Source: Felis catus (lineage: Eukaryota). From it: a stretch of 64,000 nt of DNA. Location: assembly GCF_018350175.1 (NCBI RefSeq), contig NC_058368.1:61072001-61136000 (forward strand), given 5' to 3'. The position numbers were made by a program, and so were the translations under genes. This document shows positions 52,620 to 64,000 of the stretch, one piece after another. Positions within the stretch are counted from its first letter, which is position 1, and every line of letters starts with the position of its first letter. Below the pieces are notes generated by a model. That model made no database searches and had not been told where the DNA came from. It was given only the letters and a program-made list of their open reading frames with translations.

Positions 52620-52762
52620 GGATATTCAGGTTCAACAGGAGATGACAGAAGAACAAGATGATGGAGCAGTGGCCAGTGGGACAGGAGGGTGTGATTATGT
52701 CAACAACAAAGGCAAACTTGAAGAGCAAAGCGTAGCAGTTAAAGATGTCTCCGTGCAACAGG
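52620..52762 (+). CDS. Probable internal coding exon (143 nt) of an unidentified large-intron gene; encodes DIQVQQEMTEEQDDGAVASGTGGCDYVNNKGKLEEQSVAVKDVSVQQ
   Basis: Polypyrimidine tract TTTTATTTTGTTTCTCTCTCTCTAAG acceptor and CAGG|GTAGGT donor. The body is purine-rich and GC-elevated within very AT-rich flanks and does not resemble a repeat. Only one forward frame is open; the other two hit TGA early. Confidence 0.75.
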
Positions 52763-54616
52763 GTAGGTGAAAACAGTGTTATAAAAGGTCAAATATTATA
52801 TATATGTAATATATATATATATATCAAAGAAAATAGTTTTCTCAAGTTTGTTAGAAACAAGAAAGAAAAGTAAAATATCCTTTTGGAAGGAATTTGTGAC
52901 ATAATGGTAATTGGATACTTTTTAAAATAGAAAGTAGCAGGATGTGGTAACCGTTTTTTTTTGTGTGTAGGATAATGTAGTTATACCTAAATAAAGTTTC
53001 CTATAAATAATTTAATTTAAAATGACAGAAATGAGATTTAGAGTTTTGACTGAAAAACAGTTGGTGTTGAAAAGAAAAGGAGTTTAATCTTGGATCACTG
53101 TGCGCTGTGAGTAGAAAGTGAATGAAAGACTCTTCTAGGAGGAAATGTTGAGGCTAAAAGAAGTCCAGTGACTTCGTTCTCTCTTATATTGAAGCGTTCA
53201 AGGTTTGTAACTAAAGTCGTTTGCTGAAAAGAAATTAAAATGTGGGGGAAATAAAATCCAAAAGAACTGATTACTGGCCATGGCCTACCATTAACTTCCT
53301 TTACACTGAGTCTTCTTTCTTAACAATATGGTTTTATGGTTTTCTTAATGTGTATAAGCAAATGGACTACTGTGGCATTATGTTAATTATGATGATTTGG
53401 TAATCCTTATAGTATCCTACTTTTTATAGTTAAAGAGCTACACGGATTGTTTCATACTACATTAGATCCTGTATTTTTTCTCTAATTTAGAAAAAAAATT
53501 CTATCATTTATCATGGGTTTTATAGGTGAAGGTTTTGCTTCACTTTGGGATTTTCTGGTCTGGATGTATATGTGGAAATTGCTTTGCTAAGTAAATATTT
53601 GGGTTAAAACACAGGTAAGTGTTACTTAATGAGTGATGTGTAGCATCTAAGGCCTTGAACAATTGTGGGGAAAAAAACAAAACAGCAGCCTATGGAACTA
53701 CTTAGTAGTTACCATGACTAATAGGGTAAGTCTTCCTTAGCAAACTGAGTATCTAAAGATGCGGTTTCCTATTTATTTCTGATAATGAGAATGCTGTATA
53801 CAGGAGGAATTAGGTGGCAATTTTTAGTTGTTGAAGTTGCTGAAGCATTTAGGCTGCTAAGATATTGTTTGTTGAATGTGTGACATTTATGGGAATCCAA
53901 GTGTACTTTTAGTAGCACATTTTAGATAATGTTTGGTAGTTTGGATTCAAAATCCAGATTATGTGAGTAAATACTAGGAAATAGTTGACAAAGTATGGGA
54001 ATGGAACAGTTTTACATAAATGTATGTGTGATAAACTCATGTTGTAGGTGTCAATATCTTACTGATTTCTCATTAATAATAATGATTTTATTTCATCACT
54101 GAAGCCTATTATGGACCACATTTGAAAAAGAAATGGGAAGGAATCTAGCCTTATAGTTTTGTTATGGGAGATGATAACAGGAAATGTATATTTTAGAGGT
54201 TGAGTTAACTCTATATAGAGTCAAATATGAACTTTCTAAAGGCAGAATGCATCTATATGCATGAGCCATATTTTTCTAAAGAGTAAGACGTTAGGATTCT
54301 TAATATTAAGAAGCTGGTATTCAAGGGCTTGTAAAATTTTGATGGCAAAGATTTCTGTTTTAATATGTGAGTTTTATGAAATCCTCTTCTTCAATCTCTC
54401 CAATGCTTTTTATTTTTATGTCATTTCTCTTTAGTTGTATACTTGGCATAGTTAATACAAACTTTATGCCTTCTCACTTTTTGAGCATTGATACATAATT
54501 CCCAATATTATTTAAAGTATTTACATTTTTAAAAGATAATAAAGAATAAATTAAGAGTTGAAGATCATTTAGAAAGATCATGGTAAATTTACTTCTTTGT
54601 TAAAAAATCTTGATGA

Positions 54617-56230
54617 CTGTCAAACTTCCTGATTTCAAGCTATATTATGAAGTTATGGTAGTTGAAATAGTATCTTACTGACATAAAAACAGACATGGAA
54701 TAATGGAACAGAATAGAGAGCCCAGAACTACACAGTCATACACAGTCAACTAGTGCGTACACAACCCATGCATACACAGTCAACTAGTAGTTAACATTGG
54801 ATCCAAGAATACTTAATGGAGAAAGGACAATTTGTTCAATAAATGGTGCTGAGAGTATTGTATATGCATAGCTAAAAGAATGAAACTAGACCCCTATCTT
54901 ATACCACTTATAGAAATTAACTAGAAATGTATTAAAGACTTATATGTAACATCAGAAACCATAAATAAAACTCCTAGAAGCAAATATAGAAAAAAAGCTC
55001 CTTGACAATGATCTTTTTTTTGGAGATAACACCTAAAACAAAAGCAATAAAATAAATAATAAGTGAGACTACATCAAACCAAAAACTTTCTGCATAGCCA
55101 AAGAAATGATCACCAAAATGAAAAGACAACCTGTGGTGTAGTAAGGACTATTTGCAAACCATCTATCTGTTAAGGGGTTAATATCCAAAATATATAAAGA
55201 ACTCCTACATCTCAATAGCAAAACAAATACATAATGCAACTTAAAAATGGGCAAAGGACCTGAGTAGACATTTTTCCAAATAAGATATATGTATGGCCCA
55301 CAAATATGTGGAAAAATGCTTGACATTATTATGCAAATCAAAACCACAGTAAGGTATCGTCTCATGCCTGTTAGAATAGCTCTCATCAGAAAGACAAGAG
55401 GTAACAAATGCTGGATGTGGAGAAAAGGGAACCCTGTGCATTGGAGGTGGGACTGTAAATTGGCATAGCCACTATGGAAAACAGAATGGATGCTTATCAG
55501 AAAATACAATAGAACTACCATATGATTCAACAATTCCACTTCTAGTAATTTACCTGAAGAAAACGAAATCACTATGTTGAAGAAACCTGCATCCCTATGT
55601 TCATAGCAACATTATTGAGAAAAACTAAGACATGGAAACAACTCTCAGATGAATGGAAAATGATGTGGTATATGTAGATATGTGCAATGAAATAGTATCA
55701 GGATATAAAACAAGAAATTATATCTTGAGACACAACATGGGTAGACTTGAAGGCATTGTGCTAAGTCAGTGGAAGGCAAATAGTGTATGATCTCACTTAA
55801 TATGTGGAATCTCAAAAAAATAATAATTAAAAAAAAACTCATAGAAAAAGAGACCAGATTCCTGATTACCAGAGGCAAGGGGTGGGGTGGGAATAGGGGA
55901 AATAGAGAAAGGTGACCAAAAGTTATAAACTTCCAGTTATACCTTCCAGAGTTGTAATGTCTAACAAAATGACTATAGTTAACAATGCTGTATGATATGG
56001 GTGTGTGTATATGCATATATATGTGTGTATACCTATATGACAGTTTAGAAAGTAAATTCTAAGAGTTCACACAACAAGGTAATTTTTTTGTATCTATATG
56101 AGATGATGGATGTTAACTAAGCTTATTGTGGTAATCGTTTCATAATACATGCAGTTCAGATCATTATGTTGTATACCTTATGTTACATACACTGCTCTGT
56201 ATCATTATAGCTTAATAAAACTGGAAAAAT
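54617..56230 (+). mobile_element. 5'-truncated L1 (L1MA9/L1_Carn-like): ORF2 C-terminus plus 3'UTR
   Basis: TGGAACAGAATAGAGAGCCCAGAA, TTCAATAAATGGTGCTG and AATAGAACTACCATATGAT motifs, ending AATAAAACTGGAAAAA. Confidence 0.93.
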
Positions 56231-56519
56231 ATAATGAGTCATAGATGGGCAGGTATTAAATTAAAAAAAATGGAATATTTCCTTGATGAAACATGGTGTA
56301 ATAACCTCCTATCATCCCAAATGTTTGAAGTCTTATTTTCATTGAAATCATTCTGTACTGTGTAAACTTTTTAAAAATAATGTGTAAGTAGAATAAAAAA
56401 AAACTTGAAAAACAGTGCAATTTTTTATTTTGATGTAAAAGATGATGGTATAATTGTTTTGCACTATGATCTCTTTTACCTTTAACTTTAGCTGTGTTTT
56501 TTTAAAAATGTTGACTTCA

Positions 56520-56553
56520 GGGGAACCTGGGTGGCTCAGTTGATGAAGCAAAA
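56520..56553 (+). mobile_element. Isolated Can-SINE 5' head fragment
   Basis: GGGGAACCTGGGTGGCTCAGTTGATGAAGC with no SINE body after it. Confidence 0.7.
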
Positions 56554-57267
56554 TTTTTTTGAGTTCTCTTACTGACAAATATGCTACTTTCATTTATTTC
56601 TTACATTTATGATTGAAAGAAATAATATATTTCTCTTTTAGTTTAATAAAAATGAAGCTATACTTATACTTTCCACTTCAATTCACAACTCCCTGATTTC
56701 TGTTCACAGATGACTCTGTAGTCTGTGGACCCCTGTTCTAGTATTTTAATTTTCCTACTATCAACTTCACAATGACAGCTTTTAAAGTACGAGATGTGCA
56801 TTTTTACTCCTCTTATTTTTCCAGATCCTATCAATCTTTTGAAAATAGCATATGATTTTGAGTCCTATAAGTCAGAGGTGAAACAAGTATTTGTTGCGTC
56901 TTAGCTGCCTAAAACCAAGCAAGCACGTGCTTTCCACACATGCTCCCTCACACACTTCTTACAAAAGTTTTGGGAGAATTAGAAATAATTACTATAAACA
57001 CCCGGTACTCCACGTGGTGAAATTGTTCTAAATAAGTAGTAGCTTTAAAAAAAGGATCAGGCAAATCTGAACTTATCCATGCAGCATGTAAGCTCTCACC
57101 AGCATGGTTTACAAATTCAGATTACAAATTCACTTCTGAATTTTATAGAAAGGTACAGAATAAGAGAGAGAAGTGAGACAGTGGTGGGGATTGGGCTAAT
57201 GGGAACTAGAAGAGGTAAACTAAAAAATAAAAGAACTTGGGGTGTTTCTATAAATCAGTCCCCAAGA

Positions 57268-57470
57268 GGGGCACCTGGGTGACTTAGTTGGTTAAGGGTC
57301 CGACTCTTGGTTTTGGCTCAGGTGACGATCTTACGGTCCATGAGTTCCAGCCCTGTATCCACTGGGCTCTGTGCTTACACCATGGAGCTTGCTTGCTATT
57401 CTCTCTCTGCCCCTCTCCTTTGGTCTCTCTGTCTCTTTCTCTTAAAATATATAAATAAACTTAAAAAAAA
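57268..57470 (+). mobile_element. Can-SINE
   Basis: GGGGCACCTGGGTGACTTAGTTGGTTAAG head, CT tract and polyA. Confidence 0.94.
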
Positions 57471-58101
57471 TGTTGACCTTATATTCACCTTCAGACTAGG
57501 ACATTATTTTGCATTTAAAAAGAGATACCTGACAGTACTATTTTGGAAACAGACATTAAGAAGAAAATGAATACAGATTTGACAGACAATAGCTAGAAAT
57601 GTTTGATATTCCAATTATTGTTACAAACAATAAAAATGACTTCCTTCTGCCCCTGGAATTGTAACATCACAGCAGTGAAAATTTTATCTTTTCTTAGAGA
57701 ATGTATGTTTTCATATTACTAAAAGCTTATTTAAGAGAACGTTTTTCACAGGGTTTCCTGTCTAACTTCACATTTCCAATTGTACCTTTTTTTTTTTTTT
57801 TAAATCCAAATGACTGTCTCATGTGCACAGTCTTTTTACCTTTACTCAGACGCATTAGAATGGGCCTTGGGCCTGGAACACTTCTGAGATAAAGAGCCTA
57901 AACAGCCTGTGCTGGAATGACCACCTTGTGTGGGTATCTTTCTTGTTTCATGTTCATTGAGTATTCTTTTGTCTTTTCTTAAAGCACGTATGTTACATGA
58001 TACCTGGTCAACCCCACTGTTACATCTGTCTTCCTTAGGGAGAGGACAGTGTTCCTTCCACTGTGGTATGAAAGGGATATGCATAAGGAAATTCACAAAG
58101 A

Positions 58102-58268
58102 GGGGTGCCTGGGGGGGTTCAGTCAGTTAAGCATCTCTTTATTTCAACTCAGGTCATGATCTCACACTTTGTGAGATCAAGCCCCATGTCTGACTCTGCA
58201 CAGACAGCACAGAGCCTGCTTTGGATTTTCTTTCTCCCTCTCTCTGCCTCTCTCTCTGCCTGTCTCTG

Positions 58269-58304
<36 letters not shown>

Positions 58305-58338
58305 TCTCAAAATAAACATTTTGAAAAAAAGAAAAAAA
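58102..58338 (+). mobile_element. Can-SINE with a (CTCTGT)n/(CT)n tract
   Basis: GGGGTGCCTGGG head, CAGGTCATGATCTCAC body and A-rich tail. Confidence 0.94.
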
Positions 58339-59554
58339 TCTCTATGAGAGATGTCCTGTCCCTGGGTAACCAACACCCACCTTTGAAACTGATCTTCTTG
58401 TCTGTTTTCTATGTTTAATAAAGCATTGCTACACCCAGTTATTGACTGTGTTCTGTTTTCTTTGGTAACTCTGATACCAAGTTGCAATAGATGGAAGTGT
58501 TTATAGTTCTTCCCTGGGATGGAAATAGTGCATGGTACTCTGTTCAGTAGTCTTTCTCTGGAAAAGAAGGGGAGAAAAGTTGAGGCAAAACTAGCAATCT
58601 TAAACATTCAGACAAAAATCATATAATTTTATGTAATATATATTTTATATAATATGTATATTGTATATGTTATTATTATGAAATATTTATACAGATAGTG
58701 CTATTTAGGAGCAAGTATCATGAACTCAAAAGATCCCAAAAGCTGGGGTTTGAATTTAAGTTCTCAATTATTATTTGTGCAGTCTTTAATAAATTATTTA
58801 AAAATTGGAAATATTTTACCACTGCATTTTTATGGATAAAAATAAGGTAATGTTTGAGTGATTTTCAGTTTCTAAAGAAACCTAAATATATAAAACAAAC
58901 ATGGAACTGTTTAGCCAAATGGACACACATAATATCATGACTTTATATTGTTGCAAACTTTTTTCAAAATACTTCAAAATAATTTCCAGTGTTACTTGAT
59001 GCTGATCAATGTTTCCTTTAATCTATTTCAATCTACTTCATCACTTCCAAAAATTGTAACTTGATGGGCTGTTTATTGTACCCTTTTTCTTTTCTGCAAT
59101 GTAAACATAGATAAAATTTTCAATTATTTAAAATTTCCCTGGTAAGTAAATAATATTTGGCCTGGAAAGTGCAGTGGCATACTACCTGTGAAAATGTAAG
59201 ATGCCTTTGTCCAACAAGTCTGAGTAAATTTTTAGACTCGGAGTGGCCTGTTACGGGTGTATGAGCAGACTATGTCAATTTCAAGTATATTGAAAGACTT
59301 AGGAATTGTTCCTGCAACTGAACTGTGCATGGTGTACATTTCAAATTTCCTTTGGTTTACATGGTTGACTATATATGTATTCTATAAACTGGGTTGCTAG
59401 TGTGACAATAGGACCAGAGAGAAAAGGAGAGAGAATCACCTGATAAATAACATACTGATAACTAAGAAATCATCATCATCATACTCATTTGCAAGTGAAT
59501 CCATACTGGGATTTGGTTTCCTGATAAGTTTCCCTTTCATGCTATAAAGTTTAA

Positions 59555-59754
59555 TTTTAAGTTTATTTTTGAGAGACAGAGACATAGTATGAGTTGGGGA
59601 GGAGCAGAGAGAGAGGAAGACCCTGAATCCAAAGCAGGCTTCAGGCTCTGAGCTGTCAGCACAGAGCCCAATGCAGGGCTCTAACGCACAAACCGTGAGA
59701 TCATGACCTTAGCCAAAGTCTGACACTTAACCGACTGAGCCACCCAGGAACCCC
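59555..59754 (-). mobile_element. Can-SINE (felid type)
   Basis: SINE body; degenerate TSD CATGCTATAAAGTTT / CATACTGTAAAGTTT. Confidence 0.95.
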
Positions 59755-62700
59755 CATACTGTAAAGTTTTAACATAATGTAAATATCCTATGATCTAATT
59801 AGTAAATACTACAGGAATGATAAGTTAGAGAATAATTTTCAACAAGCAGATTGCATGATTATGAAAACTTCATTAATGTGACACACGTGAATTATCTAGC
59901 CACTGCATTTATTCCCAGATGTTACTTAAGACTACATCTCCGGAGAAGTGGGCATTTTATGCAATGTCTCTTACCTCTTTCTGGACATTTTAATTCCTCA
60001 TAACATGAAGGAACTACAACCTTCTTAGATTAGAATGACTGTAGGGAATTTCAGTGACTGGATTAAATCAGAAAGTTAGTATATAAGTTAGGCAAGTTGT
60101 TCCTTTGATGCTAATAAGAATGATGTGACTATTTTCATGGAGTATTTGCTCTCATAGATATTTTGTAGCTTGACTTTAATCATATATTGTATCACCTATG
60201 AATTATTTTACAACAGTATGTGATTCAACCAGATAACAATCTCTTGACATGTATTGTTGAGGACAGAAATCTCTGTTGTGTAGTTTTATGACTGATCTGG
60301 TCATAGGCTTTGCTGCCATGTAAATGCTGCTAAGTCTACATCTGGAAACACAGCTTCCAATCATCCTATTATGATAATCAAATACACCTTTAGGATTCCT
60401 ACATCTCTTCTTTTGCTGTAGTTATTTTTTCTGCTTTGATAGGAGTTTTCCCCTCAACTATACTCCACTTGGTGGACTCATTCTTTAGCCCATTAACACT
60501 CTCTAAGGAGTGTAACATTTGTTGACAGAACAGATGAAAAAAAGAAAATAATTTCCTTCTTTCTCTGACATAACATAAACAATATGACTTTGATGCTGTG
60601 ACTGATAGTATTATATAATTAGTTAAAAATTGCTATTATGTGATGGGAGATAAATATTCTTCACTTTTAACTGCATTCATTGTTACCCTCCAGTTTAGTA
60701 CACATGCAAACAGGTACCCTCTGTTAATTCAGTTTGTGTGTGCGTGTGCACATGCGCGTGCACATGCACCTGTGTGTGTGAGGTGGGGGGAGGCATATGT
60801 TTTCTAAGAAGTATTAAATCATATGCTCTAGTGCAGAGCTAAATTCACCATATTTGCTGTAGATTTTCAACATTTTCAAGAGAGTAATAGCTAGCATCAG
60901 TAACAACTAAGTTAACATTTTGCTCCTCACAAAGATTTTCAAATATGTATGTGTGTATATATGTTCATATATAATTAAAATGATGTAATTGCATAAGCAT
61001 TCCCTTAATTTGTGAAATATTTTACAACTAAAAGCAAAACCAAAACAAAGAACCATTTCATGTCTGTACTGCAGGTGTCTGGGATGTCAGATTATAACTG
61101 TGTTTCTTTTCTACTTATTTATAACAAAACAAAAAAACTAAAAATGAAATCATATTGAATGTAAATTTAAGAGTGTAGGTTTCATTTAAGGAGTTACTAT
61201 CACTAATCCTGTCTTCATTGATATTGTGTATCATGATTCCTGTCTCTAGATTCCATTACCTATAACAATATATTGTATTGATATATTACATTGTCTGTGC
61301 CTGAGGCACTGCTTTCATTTTCATGACATTCTGTTACGCCATCTGTTTTTGAAAACCAAATATTACATCTTTTTTTTTACGGTACAATATAATTTCTTTC
61401 ACTTTGGATAATTTTATATTTTCTTGGAAATTAGTTTCCTATTCATATTATCATGTTATTAAAATATGTATTAAATATGAATATATTGACTTTTTCAATT
61501 ACACAAATATTTTAGGTTCGATATAATGGAATGCATTTCCCAGAAGCCTTAAGATAGAAACTTACTTTTTTTTTTTTTATCAAGTTTTCAATTTGACATC
61601 ATGTTGGCAGTTGGTAAATTATATTAGGATCAAGTAAACCAGTTGATTTTTTAAATAGGGTTCAGCCTAAATTTGGATTATCTCTTCCATGTTTCTGACT
61701 AAAAGTAGAGGGACTCGTTAGATTTATGACAACATGTAAATATGTCCAAGCAATTCATGTTCAACAAAGTACAATATTTTCCGCTAAGCTTGGCATTTAT
61801 CTTTATCCACAATTAATATTTAGTTATCTAATTTAGTTAATATACTAAACAGTAGCAACTGCTTTAGTCAACTTTGTGACTTCAAAATTAACTCAGTTTT
61901 TATCATGTAATTGACGCTCAGTAGATGCAAATAGCATTGAACTAAATTTGCTGAATGGTCTCAGCATGAAACAAATCTAAATTATAACTGTTTCAAAATG
62001 TATGTAGCCTGTGTGAAGCACAGCAAGAGGACAAAGTGTCAAGGTGTATCACAAATGATTTGAGACTAGTCTAAAAGAAGCAAGAAAGTAAGAATGAAAG
62101 TATAACATCAATGACAAATGGAAAGGAAAGGAGATTATTAAATCACCTAGATTCCCGAGGTATATGTAGATAATAAGTATTTCTGGAGCCAAAGGAATGA
62201 GTTGCTAAACAAAGAAGAGCAAAGATTAGAATTTAAATGTCACATGTCTTAATAAAATATTTACATACAGTATTAACTTCCTCAGGATTTCCAAGAGATT
62301 CAACTTTAAAGAATAATCACATCTCAGAATACCCTCGCTCAACTAAGGGTGGTAGTTGTCCTAAAGCTCCTGAAAGGGCTGGGGGAAATGACAGGAAGAA
62401 GAATATCAACAGAGTATATAGTGGAGTGTTTTTTATCATTAATAATTTTTCACTTATAAATTTAAAACTGAAAGTTTATTATTTCAAAGTGCTTTTGTAC
62501 GCTAATATTTTAGGTTATAAGTTTTAAGATATAGTCCAAGCACACAAAGTTACTTACCTTGGACATAGAAAATCTCTCTATTCTGTGTGTATTATTCTGT
62601 TTACATAAACCTTCGTGATTTATGTATTTGTACACCAGTGGCTATGAAACTATATTCTTAGTGTGCTCCCAGGATTTCAGGGTTCCAACAAAGATTTAAA

Positions 62701-63139
62701 ACCTTGTTATTCCTAAGTTAATCTTGTTCTTTATAGAAACTCCCTGTAGTGTGTAATTCATAGTACCTTGAAAGGTAACCTTGCACTACTGGGTAAAATA
62801 ATGGTCCAATGGGGAACTTTTTATATCAGCACCCTAATATATATAGTTAATTCATGATTATCCATAAGTGGGTAATAGAGATTGAGGATTTTCTTGGACT
62901 TTAGATGGTTTCATTTTCTGTGGTGGTTGTCGTTGATAATGTTGTCACTAGTGAGAAATAAAAAGCTGGCAGTGCCTGATAATCATTTTCTGAACCCCCA
63001 AATAAGCTTTCATAGTAACTAAGGACAAAAGGTGAATATATTATAAAACAAACTACAGTGTGTTTCAAATTCATATCAAATAAACCCATTGCAAGTAATT
63101 TGTTTTATATATAATATATATAATATATATGATGCTTTT

Positions 63140-64000
63140 AAGCCCCATTTTTTTGTTTGCAACCTTATAAATTAAGAAGGAAAAGGCAAATCTGGAAGGA
63201 AACACTGGACAGAAACTTCAGATGGCATATCACAAGTGGATAAATGAAACACATTACGGAAATGGGAAGACAATGATACAGAGGAATAGATGGGAAAGAT
63301 AAACTTACTAAATGCTATATATGATGATTATCTGTGTTATTACTAATAAGTTGATGAATGCAAATTAAAACAAAGTATTGCCTTAAAGCTAACGGGGCAC
63401 CTGGGTGGCTCAGTTAGTTGAGCTCCGACTTTGGCTCAGGTCACGATCTCATGGTCTGTGGGTTCGAGCCCCGCGTTGGGCTCTGTGCTGACGGCTCAGA
63501 GCCTGGAGCCTGCTTCGGATTCTGTGTCTCCCTCTCTCTCTGACCCTCCCCCATTCATGCTCTGTCTCTCTCTGTCTCCAATATAAATAAACATTAAAAA
63601 ACAAAAAATTTTAAAAAGCTATCAATTTGTGAAACTTTTTATATTGGATAATACACATAGGTGATGATGTTGAGAGATTGATACTATTATCCATGTCTGG
63701 TAAGAATTTGTACTGGTACATATGTTATGGAAAATAATCTGGTATTATTCAAGCAAACCAATATGTGCATGCTTCAAAACTGAAATTCCATTACTTGATT
63801 TAAAACAAGATTTTTATAATAGTATTGTTTGTGGTAGAACATATTTGGGTGTAATCTAAGTTACCATTACTAGGAAAATGGATACATAGCTAAAAGATAT
63901 AAAGAAAGAACAAAAGACAAGACTTGTGTAAAAAAAGTAAAAATAGATAGTAGTTTGTAACATAGTATCATTGATGAAAATTAAAAACAGATACATGAGG
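63140..64000 (+). mobile_element. Old L1 (L1ME-like) ORF2 end/3'UTR, interrupted by a SINE
   Basis: GAATGCAAATTAAAACAA, AAATTCCATTACTTG and TTTATAATAGTATTGTTTGT motifs. Confidence 0.65.
63394..63615 (+). mobile_element. Can-SINE (felid type)
   Basis: GGGGCACCTGGGTGGCTCAG head with a CpG-retaining body; AAAGCTA on both flanks. Confidence 0.96.

Noticed and set aside
54730..54788. Repeated CATACACAGTCAACTAGT
   Set aside because: It is a small local duplication inside a dead L1, not an array.
55069..55572. Longest track ORF (167 aa, minus strand)
   Set aside because: It is the antisense reading of a degraded L1 ORF2 3' region, not a gene.
58149..58607. ORFs with ERERER/LSLSLS runs (also 19561, 21453, 38701, 39930, 40777, 45579)
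   Set aside because: They are translations of Can-SINE (CT)n tracts and bodies.
60735..60780. Alternating purine-pyrimidine stretch with GTGCAC palindromes
   Set aside because: It is a short degenerate (TG/CA) microsatellite of a common kind, with no evidence of function.
1..64000. CRISPR array, operon or other prokaryote-type novel system
   Set aside because: The sequence is mammalian and repeat-dominated, with no regularly spaced repeat-spacer array and no long intact ORFs.

Overview
AT-rich, repeat-dense mammalian genomic DNA. Many tRNA-derived Can-SINEs, including young felid-type SINEC_Fc-like copies, point to a carnivore, most likely a felid. The window reads as part of a very large intron or introns of a + strand gene. 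It holds one well-supported internal coding exon (52620-52762), whose gene I cannot identify, and two weak candidate splice units. Most of the rest is transposable-element debris: L1 fragments (mostly minus strand), L2, MIR, MER91, MaLR (MLT1) and ERV1 solo LTRs, and about 16 SINEs, many with readable target-site duplications (TSDs). There are also two ERVL provirus remnants. One is an ancient LTR16/ERV3-16A3-type provirus that keeps both LTRs and the gag-pro-RT-RNaseH-IN-dUTPase order (7475-12548). The other is a truncated MLT2/ERVL element (34256-36480). A few repeat-free islands look like candidate enhancers; one carries an exactly repeated 16-mer containing a PBX-MEIS/PREP motif. Almost all ORFs in the supplied track are chance ORFs or repeat-derived. 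I see no support for a novel multi-gene system. Repeat subfamily names come from recalled consensus sequences and boundaries are approximate; both need RepeatMasker/Dfam confirmation.
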